A DNA stretch of 64,000 nt from an uncultured Methanosarcinaceae archaeon (GCA_963847185.1 CAWJYV010000008.1:640001-704000); one strand, 5' to 3'; counted from the first letter of the stretch, positions 53,684 to 63,378 are shown. Program-made: numbers and translations. The notes: generated from the sequence alone by a model not told the origin.

Positions 53684-54535
53684 TCAGCTCCAGGCCTGAT
53701 AATAACCTTCTTTTTTCAGGATTTTTATAGGAAGAGAGAAAAGTTCCGAGAGATTTGCATCTGTCAGGATTTCTTCTTTTTTCCCATCCCTGAAAACCTT
53801 TCCTTCCTTTATAAGCACCACACGGCTGATTTCAGGAATAACGTCCTCAAGGTTGTGAGTTACCAGAATCACACTTTTTCCTGAGTCTGCAATCTTTCGT
53901 ATGATTTCGCGGAAGCTGTGCAGGGCTTTTAAGTCAAGGCTGTTTGCAGGTTCGTCCAGAACAAGGGCCAGAGGGCCGTGCACAAGGGCTCTCCCTATAA
54001 GAACCCTCCTGGCTTCTCCTGAGGAAAGCTCACACATCAACCTATCTGCAAGGGCAGAAATTTCAAGAAAATCCAGGATATCCCGTGCTTTTGCCTCCAT
54101 TTCCGGAGTGACTTCATGGTTGTAGTAAATTCCTATGCTGCTAAAAAATCCGGAGAGTACTACATCAAGTACCCTGATCTGGCGGCAGCAGGTCTGCTGG
54201 AGGTCTCCGGAAACAATTCCGAGAAGCTTCCTGAGCTCAAAAACATGCCAGGTTTCTTTGCCCATTATTTTCAGAACAAGCCCGTCTGCTGCTGCAAGAG
54301 GGTGATATTCTTTTGTAAAGATCTTGATAAGGGAAGATTTTCCCGAGCCATTGGGACCTATAATTGCAATATTTTCCCCCTGAGCAATAGAAAGAGATAC
54401 CGAATCAAGAACTCTTTTTCCGCTCTTGACAACAGTTACATTTTTCAGTTCAAGCAGGGAAGGGGATTTTTCCTGCCTTGAAAAATTCGTATTTTGATTC
54501 ATTGCTATTTTGGTCCTTTTTATTTGAGTGATCAT
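53684..54535 (-). CDS. Stand-alone ABC ATP-binding protein (ModF/YlmA-like)
   Basis: GPNGSGKS, LSSGE, LVLDEP and VTH; no adjacent permease. Confidence 0.9.
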   Translation of the reverse strand: MITQIKRTKIAMNQNTNFSRQEKSPSLLELKNVTVVKSGKRVLDSVSLSIAQGENIAIIGPNGSGKSSLIKIFTKEYHPLAAADGLVLKIMGKETWHVFELRKLLGIVSGDLQQTCCRQIRVLDVVLSGFFSSIGIYYNHEVTPEMEAKARDILDFLEISALADRLMCELSSGEARRVLIGRALVHGPLALVLDEPANSLDLKALHSFREIIRKIADSGKSVILVTHNLEDVIPEISRVVLIKEGKVFRDGKKEEILTDANLSELFSLPIKILKKEGYYQAWS

Positions 54536-55047
54536 GTTAGGTCAGCTTCTTTCAGGTCATCTTTATTTGAGTTGTTTTATTTGAATTGTCCTGAGTGAGG
54601 TGTCTTAAGTGAGGCATCTTTATCCTCTATTTTGAAAGTTTGGAGTAAAATTCCAGATGAGATCTGATTCTTTAGATTCGATTTAATTTTTCCTGTTGAT
54701 CAAACAAAGCTGATTCAGTTGAGACTAAATCTTTATTATAAGTTTCCAGGCCTCATGAAATGGGTATGAACTGTCTTGATGCAGGCTTGACAAATTTTGG
54801 AAAAACTTTCCCTTTAAAAATCTTGTGGAACATGGCATAAATATTTAAATTGAGTTTTGAATGGTCTAGAGGATCTCTGAAATAATAAATTAATACTGTC
54901 TCTTTTGAAAATTAAAGCGATTTTACTTCCGTATATTGATTTTTAAGATTTTTTTAGATTCCAACTATTTAGAGAGTTACGGAGATTCCCCTGTCTAAAA
55001 AAAATTAACCTCTACTTTAGTTTCTTAAGTATATATAAGCCAACAAA

Positions 55048-55449
55048 ATGAAAGTTGCATCACCTAAGAAAAGGAGTTCTGGGGGATATCAATTGGAAGT
55101 TTACAATATCAGGAGTTCGTTCAGCTCTTACCTTTACGAAATTCGTTTCATCATCCTGTTCTATGTAATAGGAGATTGGGCATCTACAGTTTACGCTCTG
55201 CCTTTTGCTACAGAGTTTAATCCGGTTCCAGCCATGATTCTGGAGAACTACGGCATTTATCACCTTCTGCTTATTAAAGTAGCTTTTGTGTTACTACTTT
55301 TTTATGCAGCCCCTGCGATTAGAGTGTCTAAGGAAAGATGGGATCTCACAAAACGTATTATAGAATTCATAGGTATACTTGTGACCGTAAATAATCTTAT
55401 GGTTATCTGCAACGGATGCAGCCTTATACAGGTTCTGGGACTGGTCTGA
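55048..55449 (+). CDS. Small membrane protein (DUF5658-like)
   Basis: GDWAST...EFNP...K motif with 3 TM segments; TATA-like tatata about 15 nt upstream. Confidence 0.7.
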   Translation: MKVASPKKRSSGGYQLEVYNIRSSFSSYLYEIRFIILFYVIGDWASTVYALPFATEFNPVPAMILENYGIYHLLLIKVAFVLLLFYAAPAIRVSKERWDLTKRIIEFIGILVTVNNLMVICNGCSLIQVLGLV

Positions 55450-55684
55450 TTTACCGGATTTCCATTAGACCTTAATTTTTTCCCTTTTTTCTTTGATCTG
55501 AAAGGATCTCGAAATGTATCTTCGGTTGACTTTACTTCTTATTTAGTAGCTGTTTCTATTGAATGATGACACTGATATTCTGTTTTACAGCTGGTTATAT
55601 TCTACCAAGCTGTTTTCCTGCTCCTCTTTTCCATCAAAAGCTTTTTCAGCACCTGACTTTGATTTCCAAGATTATTGTGTATTT

Positions 55685-56179
55685 TTATCTGGTTTTTGCG
55701 TACAGGAAGCAGTCGAAGTAATCATTCCCAATTCTGTGGACCTTTTTCATAACCCCTTCTTTTTCGTACCCGCATTTCTGGGCCACACGCTCACTTGCCA
55801 GGTTCCGAGTATCCATAAGGATAACAATTCTTTGCAGATGCAGATACTCAAAACCTATTTTCTCAATCTGCCTTACCGCTTCGGATGCGATTCCTTTTCT
55901 TTGATAATCTTTGTCAATGAAATATCCTATTTCTCCAACCCAGGGCCGGTGCTGGTCGATTCTAATCCCGCCTGCTCCTACAATTTTTCTGTCAAAGACG
56001 ATGGAATAGTTGTACTCAAAGTTGGCCTTTCTTTTAGCTCCATTCATCTGCAAAAAATATATTTCTTCTTCAAGTGTCCGTACTGGAACTTCTATAAATT
56101 CAAGATCCGTATGTGTCATTATTTCAAAAAAACGTTCCGCATCAGAAATTTCCTGAGGTCGGATTTTTACTTCAGGCAT
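55685..56179 (-). CDS. GNAT (RimJ/RimL-type) N-acetyltransferase
   Basis: EIGYFI, YQRKGIA and NLASERVAQKCGYEKEG. Confidence 0.92.
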   Translation of the reverse strand: MPEVKIRPQEISDAERFFEIMTHTDLEFIEVPVRTLEEEIYFLQMNGAKRKANFEYNYSIVFDRKIVGAGGIRIDQHRPWVGEIGYFIDKDYQRKGIASEAVRQIEKIGFEYLHLQRIVILMDTRNLASERVAQKCGYEKEGVMKKVHRIGNDYFDCFLYAKTR

Positions 56180-56305
56180 AGACAGAAATTGAATATTCCT
56201 TATGAAAAACGTTTTTAAATCTCTTTAAGTTTCAGACTATTTATTATGTCTTGAAAATAAACGAAATTTAAATGAAATGAGACACTTCTAATTAAATAGA
56301 GAACT

Positions 56306-57028
56306 ATGGAGAGAAATGAAGAAGCCAGTATACTGGCCAGGATCAAAACAGACTTAACCCTGAGTGTGGATGAAAAGACAAAAAACAGTTATTCGCGCTT
56401 TTTTAAAGAAGAAGTCCAGTGCTATGGTGTGAAGTCTGCGCTTGTCGGGAAGATTGCAAAAGATTATTTTAAAGAAGTAAAAAAGGAAAGCAAACAGAAA
56501 ATTTTTACTCTTTGTGAAGAGCTCCTCAGCTCAGACTACTGCGAAGAAGCTTTTATCGCGTTTGAATGGGCCTACCAGTTAAGAGATGACTATTCCGAAG
56601 ACGATTTTTCTACTTTTGAACGCTGGGTCGAGAAATATGTCAATAACTGGGCGAAGTGTGATACCCTCTGCAACCACTCAGTCGGCTCTTTTATTGAGAA
56701 ATTCCCTTCCTACATAGCAAACCTCAAAACCTGGACACAATCGGAAAACAGGTGGATGAGACGTGCAGCCGCAGTAACTCTTATTTTGCCTGCCAGAAAA
56801 GGTGCCTTTCTGGAGGACATTTTTGAAATCTCAGACCTTCTCCTGAAAGATAAAGATGACCTTGTCCAGAAAGGCTACGGCTGGATGCTTAAAGAAGCCA
56901 GCAAATCTCACCAGCCAGAAGTTTTCACATACGTTATGAAAAACAAAAAAGATATGCCCAGAACCGCCCTTCGCTATTCAATAGAAAAATTCCCAAAAGA
57001 CCTCAGAGACAAAGCCATGGCAAAATAA
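56306..57028 (+). CDS. AlkD-like DNA alkylation repair protein
   Basis: NNWAKCD, WMRRAA, VQKGYGWMLKE and RTALRYSIEK. Confidence 0.9.
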   Translation: MERNEEASILARIKTDLTLSVDEKTKNSYSRFFKEEVQCYGVKSALVGKIAKDYFKEVKKESKQKIFTLCEELLSSDYCEEAFIAFEWAYQLRDDYSEDDFSTFERWVEKYVNNWAKCDTLCNHSVGSFIEKFPSYIANLKTWTQSENRWMRRAAAVTLILPARKGAFLEDIFEISDLLLKDKDDLVQKGYGWMLKEASKSHQPEVFTYVMKNKKDMPRTALRYSIEKFPKDLRDKAMAK

Positions 57029-57912
57029 CCTAAAGCACAAAGCTTCAGTAAAAAAGTTGTAATAAGAAAGTTGCAATAGTAAGTTAGTAGCAAGCTGGGT
57101 AAACTGCAGTATTAATTGCAAAAGTAAATTGTAAAATTAATTGCAGAAGAAATCGCAAACGGATTAAAACAAAGTTGCAGTAGTACAGAAATAAGAAGAG
57201 AAATAAAATTATAAATTGGAACTAAAGTTAGAAAAGAGAATAGAAAGAAGATTAATAAAAGGAACTGGATTAAAGCGAAAGAAGACAGATAGGGAAGTAA
57301 GGGAGGAAGGAGCTTTTACAGATACAGTACCCCCATACTGTATCTTTATACTCCTTTTCTCCCGTATTTTCCCGTTTTATGTTCCCCATCTTATTCCTGT
57401 ACTGTTGTTCCCTGCATTTGATTTGCAGGAATAGTCATTCAATTTTTCGTTCGAGTACAAAACTAGAATATCTTCACAAGTATTTTGTTTTATTTACACA
57501 GTCATAGTACGAACTGAACATTCAAAATAAAATTATTATAAAAATTATTGTTTACTTGAAATTTTTTAGTTCCTTTACATTAAAAAAATAAACCTGTCAA
57601 TCCTGAATGCCATTATTTTTAATGGAGTGTGAAAGTACGGGAAATAAAATCAAGTTGATGAAAAAATGATGAAACTAATTCAAAGTTTTCACAAGAAGTT
57701 TCACAAGTGTAATATCCCCTTTTAATTTTTTCCAAAGCAGGAAAATTCAGTTTCAAATTGATGCATTTTTTCCGGCATCGGTTAGGATGTTCGTTAACAA
57801 ATGAGAAATAACTGCAGTTTTATTGATGTGCAGACAGTCTGAGTAATTTGAGTTATCTCCCCATTATATGAAAAATTACGAAATCGCAAGAGTCACATTT
57901 TTCTCGTATTTC

Positions 57913-57949
57913 ATTAGTGAACAAGATCCACTAAAACAAGGATTGAAAC
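57913..57949 (+). CRISPR. Orphan CRISPR repeat, copy 1 (37 nt)
   Basis: ATTAGTGAACAAGATCCACTAAAACAAGGATTGAAAC has the ATTGAAAC 3' handle and an ATCC/GGAT stem. It differs by 3 nt from the Methanosarcina repeat as I recall it (ATTCGCGAGCAAGATCCACTAAAACAAGGATTGAAAC). Confidence 0.85.
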
Positions 57950-58021
57950 AATAGTATGGTAACGTATATAGCCCAGGAAAATGAAGTACAAGATAGTTAA
58001 AAAATTGTAGAAGGTGCGAAA

Positions 58022-58243
58022 GTGGGGGAACCCCAAGATAAGAGAAAGAAACCCGAGCGCGAAGAACCACGTTATGACAGATTTTACGCAGAAGACGGAA
58101 GCATGGAAATAAGCAAGGCGGGCCCCTTGACCGATGAGGACAGGGCGGAATTAGCGGCCATGCTTAATCTGTTAGGCGTACCAGGCGAGGGCAAGGAAGG
58201 CCAGGCAAGCAAGGAAGCTAAGAAGGGGAAAAAGGGACGGTGA
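58022..58243 (+). CDS. Small hypothetical protein lying between the two CRISPR repeats (MGE-like)
   Basis: 73 aa; AAGGTG RBS before GTG; GC-richer than the flanks; basic C-terminus; no recognisable family. Confidence 0.6.
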   Translation: MGEPQDKRKKPEREEPRYDRFYAEDGSMEISKAGPLTDEDRAELAAMLNLLGVPGEGKEGQASKEAKKGKKGR

Positions 58244-58443
58244 GAATATCGAAGCGGACCTTAAGGCAGGGACCCTAAAACGCGGCCTTAATCAGCCTGT
58301 CTTTTTTCATCTAATTATTACGACCGGAAAGGCCGGTCTATTTCCCTTATGAGATGGGGGCGGCTTTTTTCAAAACGGTCCTACGTATCATAAAACAGGA
58401 AAAAATTAAAGATGTTTTCATCTACTGTGTGGACCGGCATAAA

Positions 58444-58479
58444 ATTCGCGAGCAAGATCCCTATAACAAGGATTGAAAC
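58444..58479 (+). CRISPR. Orphan CRISPR repeat, copy 2 (36 nt), followed by a 37-nt spacer-like segment
   Basis: ATTCGCGAGCAAGATCCCTATAACAAGGATTGAAAC; the last 15 nt are identical to copy 1. Confidence 0.85.
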
Positions 58480-58593
58480 CGAGTAAAGTCAGAATACAAA
58501 ATAAAGCGAGAAAGAAATCATGAGGCAAGTTTCGACTTTTTACTTCAAAAATAAAAAAGATGGGAATAGATAGTTATCCCACATCTCGTGATC

Positions 58594-58992
58594 TTATTCG
58601 GTAGTCACGCCGTCGAATTCGGCTTCATTAGCTTCAGCCTCTTCCTTCGTGGCGCGCAAGATTCCATCCTTGTGATGTGCCGGAGAATAGATCGTATAGA
58701 GCTTCAGTTCTTCCGTTTTTGAAGTGTTGATAATATTGTGCTGCGCGCCGGCAGGCACTACAATCGCAACCCCATCACTGAGTTCATACTCGTTGCCGTC
58801 AATTATGCACTTACCCTGCCCGCTTTCAAAACGGAAAAACTGGTCGTTTTCCTCATGAACTTCCATCCCGATTTCTTCTTCAGGCTTCAAGCTCATAAGC
58901 ACCAATTGACTGTGCTTTGAAGTATAGAGCACCTTGCGGAAATTGTCATTTTCCAAAGTGGCCTCCTCGATATTAATACAGAATCCTTTCAT
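58594..58992 (-). CDS. Cupin-domain protein
   Basis: NFRKVLYT, QLVLMSL, EVH...DQFF, VPAGAQHNI and YTIYSPAHH. Confidence 0.92.
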   Translation of the reverse strand: MKGFCINIEEATLENDNFRKVLYTSKHSQLVLMSLKPEEEIGMEVHEENDQFFRFESGQGKCIIDGNEYELSDGVAIVVPAGAQHNIINTSKTEELKLYTIYSPAHHKDGILRATKEEAEANEAEFDGVTTE

Positions 58993-59275
58993 ATTTTTTA
59001 ATTTATGATTGATTGTATATAAAATTATTCGAGAACATGATTAATAAAAAGAAGAATTGGAACTTTTACTTTTTTTTATGATTATATTCTGGCTCTCTTT
59101 GATTCCTGGTTCCTTGTGTTGCGAATTCAAATCTCATTAAGGAAATAATTTTATTGAAGTCCTGCACTAAGGTAAGTTCATGTCAATTTGTTTAACTGAA
59201 GGCACTATTTCTTTGGAAAGTTTTTCCCCAAAACGGGAGGGTACATATCCAGTTAGAAACAGAGAAAAATATCGG

Positions 59276-59339
59276 TTAAGATGCCTGTAAATTAAGTTGT
59301 CTATAAATTAAGTTGTCTATAAATTAAGGTGCCTGTAAT
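59276..59339. repeat. Four tandem 16-bp repeats
   Basis: ttaagatgcctgtaaa / ttaagttgtctataaa / ttaagttgtctataaa / ttaaggtgcctgtaat. Confidence 0.85.
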
Positions 59340-59842
59340 AATACAATTTACAGAGACTTTTATAGCTTTATTTCAGATAGTCATTTATAATAATTTCGTA
59401 TAGTTGAGTCTTGTATGCTTTATAATAACATTGCATGAGGAATTTGCATTTCTGTTTTCCATAGGCACAGGTATTATTCTGTTATCAGGTTTTTTGAAAA
59501 TAGTCAGTGAACTCGCGGATACCCGAGAGCCTGAAAAATAGAACGGTTCCCATAATTTCCGCCATGATTTATCGTCTTCTAGTGCCTTGATAACCCCAAG
59601 ATTTAGTTCGGGTAAAACAAGTCTTAGGAGAGATTGAAACACATGTTTGATACTTACTATGTTTTATGCTCATAACCCCCACAAAATCAATTATAAATGA
59701 TCCAAATGAAAAGGGATAATTGTGACTTTAAGTAGTTCCAAGGTTGAAGGATATATCCCAGCTTTGTATAAAAAAATTCTGGAAAGATATGCGAATCCTT
59801 AAAAATCAACATAGCGTTGACAGACTTAAGAAGGTCAGGTAA

Positions 59843-60517
59843 ATGAGAGTATCTTTTGAAGAAGCAGATGAAAAGGTAATATTCAGGATTTCGAAATTCC
59901 ACCCAGATTACGAAAAAATTTTACAAATGTGTTTTTATGAGGACGACGGCGAAGGATACATAAAAGTCTATCCAAAGAATGCCAGGTATTTGGATAAGAT
60001 AAAGAAACGATATTATGATAACGCGAAGCTGATGTTTGATCAGCTTGGTTATTTTGTTCCCGTTCCCTGGGAAAAAGCATTAATGGAATTTTGCAAAAGA
60101 ACTAAGGGAACAAATATCGACTGGTGGTTAACCGGAAGCTGTGCCGCATGTATTCGAGGCATAAAAATGTATCCCCATGATGTGGATATAATGACGAATT
60201 CCAAGAGTATTGAAGAAATAACTGATGTTTTTTCAGACTATCTTATTGAGCCTATTGTTGATACGAACGGATGGTTAACCAAGGATTTTGGGGTAATTTT
60301 TTTACATGCACGAATAGACATTGCATCCGATCCACAGGATATCCTGGATATTCCAGATCCAGTGGACTGTGGTCCATATGCAAAAAATAATCTAGAGACC
60401 ATAAAATGGAATGGCTACGAGATAAAGATCCCTCCTCTGGAATTGCAGCTAACTGTGAACAAAAAAAGGGGAAGGATGTATAGAGTAAAACTCATAGAAG
60501 ATTTTATGACGAAATAA
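59843..60517 (+). CDS. Pol-beta-superfamily nucleotidyltransferase (Lnu/ANT(2'')-like fold)
   Basis: WWLTGS...G...PHDVDI catalytic motif, later RIDI. Confidence 0.75.
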   Translation: MRVSFEEADEKVIFRISKFHPDYEKILQMCFYEDDGEGYIKVYPKNARYLDKIKKRYYDNAKLMFDQLGYFVPVPWEKALMEFCKRTKGTNIDWWLTGSCAACIRGIKMYPHDVDIMTNSKSIEEITDVFSDYLIEPIVDTNGWLTKDFGVIFLHARIDIASDPQDILDIPDPVDCGPYAKNNLETIKWNGYEIKIPPLELQLTVNKKRGRMYRVKLIEDFMTK

Positions 60518-60812
60518 AATAGGATAAATCACTTAGTTATCAGGGAATAGATAAATGAAGGTAAAAAAGAAGGCGGCTGACAAACGAAAAAATTTTAATA
60601 TTTAGAAAAACAAATTTATTATTAAAAATTCATTCAAGGCAGCACCCGATAAAAAACGAGACTTCTGGGGATATAAGCTGAAATTGAGCTTTCTTACGGC
60701 ACTTCTTTCACGAAAATAGTAACGAATGAAATTGATATGAAGCGAAACTCTTAAAACAGGATATAATGATTATCTGCATTTTAATCACAGGAAAATAAAA
60801 GGAGCAGGCAAA

Positions 60813-60998
60813 ATGTCACCGGTTGAAGTACAAATGTCAGTATGCACACTATTTTTCTCATGTATATTTATCCTAATGCTGTTCTTCGTCTACAAAATAT
60901 TTACTTGGCAGAACTCAAAATATGGTCAGGTTAATCCTTTTGTGAATACACGGATCTGGGCTATATACCAATGGCCGGGTAGAAAAAAACTCCACTAA
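60813..60998 (+). CDS. Small single-TM protein, paralog A
   Basis: GGAG RBS; MSPVEVQMSV plus a hydrophobic helix; paralog at 62082. Confidence 0.6.
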   Translation: MSPVEVQMSVCTLFFSCIFILMLFFVYKIFTWQNSKYGQVNPFVNTRIWAIYQWPGRKKLH

Positions 60999-61312
60999 AA
61001 TAACTAAAGAGGGAAGGTTTAACAAAAAGAGAGAATAGCCAGAACTTATGAGCAAGGCCCATATAGGAAGAAAGAAGAAATATTTTGTCCTCGGGTTCAG
61101 TTAATCAGAATATTTGATTAGACTTATACCTATATTTATTCAGATTATATATACATATTTACATTTTAGGATATTTACTTCATTTTTTATTCTATTTTGA
61201 GAGTTATTGGAATAGACCAGGGTCATAAACAATAGAAAAAATTAAAGAAAGATAAAATTGATAGGCACAAAGTTGAGGTTTGTTGAGATCTTAAACTTTA
61301 AGCCAGGTTAGA

Positions 61313-61809
61313 TTATTTTCGCGACCATCTAACATAATAAGGCTGTCCATTTTTGTAAGGGCTCTAAGAAATTTTGTCTATTACTACCTTCCTTTTATCA
61401 CTGGATGTATGTACGAACTGGCCACTTCCGATATAGATACCTACATGTGAGACAAGATAGTATTTTCTTTCATTTTTAGTTACATTTTTTTCCAGAGTAC
61501 TAAGTCTCCGGGTCTCGGTGAACTTGCTGCGACATAGTGTTTATTCTTTTTTATCGCTGGAACTTTCATAAAATCTATTCCCTTAGCTCCAGCCTTTGAG
61601 TATACCTGATATACAAGATGAGAGCAGTCGATTCCAACCCTGCTGTTCTCTCCGTGTAGATTTGGAACTCCAACCCAGCTTTTTGAATATTTAACTACAT
61701 CACTCTCTTTTGTTCCAACAGGAGCTGCAGTTGCCTGGAATGCCATGGTTGCAAACAAAACAATTAATACTAATGACACAGTTGCCATTTTCTTCATAAC
61801 TTTAGCCAT
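61313..61809 (-). pseudogene. Secreted NlpC/P60 (C40) peptidase, frameshifted and with an in-frame TAG
   Basis: Signal peptide, GIDCSHLV and PGDLV. After the T7 run (61485-61491) the shifted frame gives SHVGIYIGSGQFVH; TAG at 61364-61366 and TAA at 61313-61315. Confidence 0.85.
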
Positions 61810-62081
61810 TTATGATTCTCATCATATTTCGTACTAACTATAACAATCAATGTTAATGCTTTTGTTTCAGGCAGTTAGGGCAATACCCTCAAATAAACAA
61901 CAATTTTAAAGAATTAAAACTCATCTATAAATGTATCTTTGTTTAATTCATATCTACTTTTCACTCATATAGGAAAGTTTTACTTTACTCAACTGCATTT
62001 TCGAAATTACCGGAAGTACTAAAAAGGATGCTGTGATTATTATTCTTTAATATTAAAAGACATTAAAAAGGAACAGGTAAA

Positions 62082-62204
62082 ATGTCACCCATTGAAATAC
62101 AAATATCAGTATTTACATTACTTTCTTTGTGCATATGTTTCATAATTTTGTTCTTTAGCTGTAAAGTTTTTTTCAGGAAATGTGCAAAATATGAAAAAAT
62201 ATAA
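62082..62204 (+). CDS. Small single-TM protein, paralog B (40 aa)
   Basis: MSPIEIQISVFTLLSLCICFIILFFSCKVFFRKCAKYEKI; upstream aaaaggaacaggtaaaatgtcacc matches paralog A. Confidence 0.55.
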   Translation: MSPIEIQISVFTLLSLCICFIILFFSCKVFFRKCAKYEKI

Positions 62205-62900
62205 AGAAGGAATATAAAACTCAAGTAGAAAAGGACTTACTGATAGAGAAAACTACTGCTCATTGCTTGCTAACCTGTTGATTGAAAGCAAAATAAATAT
62301 TATCTGAGCTAGGCTGAAGGTAAATTTAATACTCTGCCTCATATTTCAGATAACTGAATAGAGATCTCTGAATAGAGATTACTGAATTGATAAGTCCATT
62401 CTTTATGAATTTCTTAAGCGATAATCCCAGCCTCTTTCTTTCGATACATTTAGCTGGTAAATCTGTTTATTGTAATTGTTTCACAGACATTCCTCTGATT
62501 TCTTATAACTGATATTATTTTTGTAAATAGAGATGAAAACGAGGGAAACGTTTGCAACGCCTTCAATACAAAAAACAAGGGTCTGGTATAATAGATTGCG
62601 CGAAATTATACCCATATAAACTGGGGAATTGATGTTCAACTATGAAAACACAGGCCGGTAAGAAAAAATGGCTACTCCATTATTAAGATTCAGAAATACA
62701 TTGTTCCAATGGAAACTGCAAAAAACTTCTAACATTATCGATGAAATCGCATGCAAATCCAGCAAAACTTAGAACATTATCTATATACCGGTATGTTCCA
62801 ATAGATATATAATATCCAAAATCCGTACCAATTAATACAAGAACTTAAACTTTTTTGAGACAAAAGATTTATTTCATTAAAAATAAAGGGAAGGGGCAAA

Positions 62901-63242
62901 TTGAGCGCAGAAAAGTTTAAAAATGCAATTAGAAGATATAGTGATTTAATTGAGAGGAACAAGGACAGACAAGCTTATTCGGATTTTAAAGAAGGAATTA
63001 ACGAGGGGCTAGAAATAGCAAAGGATACTTTTGAAGAAAATGCAGATGACTTTGATTTATCGAGTTCACATGAAGATCGAGACGTAAAAATGCAGAAATT
63101 ACAGGAAAGATTTAACTTACTAATAGATACGATTGAGATAGCAAAAAAACCAAACTATTCTGAAGAACAGTTAGAAGGGATACACAAAGGGTTTGAAAGA
63201 TCCAAATCATTGTTTGGAGAATTTATAAAAGAATTCATATAA
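62901..63242 (+). CDS. Hypothetical helical protein with internal two-fold repeat
   Basis: GGGG RBS before TTG; YSDFKEGINEGLEIAKDTF resembles YSEEQLEGIHKGFERSKSLF. Confidence 0.7.
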   Translation: MSAEKFKNAIRRYSDLIERNKDRQAYSDFKEGINEGLEIAKDTFEENADDFDLSSSHEDRDVKMQKLQERFNLLIDTIEIAKKPNYSEEQLEGIHKGFERSKSLFGEFIKEFI

Positions 63243-63378
63243 AATATAACTAAACTTTAAAACTTTAATAGAGATAAAACTTTAATGGACGATCTTTGGA
63301 ACGCAGAGAAATTCCTGCCGAATCTGAGCATAAGTCCGACAAATGAAACAGGAAGAAAGCGAACAAACCTGTGGAAAT

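Noticed and set aside
57452-57470. cgagtacaaaactagaata resembling the 5' part of the 37-nt spacer (possible self-target)
   Set aside because: It needs a 2-nt gap after 6 matches, so it is compatible with chance in AT-rich DNA.
57979-58015. aatgaagtacaagatagttaaaaaattg as a possible eroded CRISPR repeat inside the insert
   Set aside because: Only ACAAGAT and TAAAA match, there is no ATTGAAAC handle, and the implied spacer would be about 29 nt. It reads better as an ORF tail.
59385-59902. ORFs 59385..59642 and 59687..59902
   Set aside because: No motifs or clear RBS, and one overlaps the nucleotidyltransferase start on the opposite strand.
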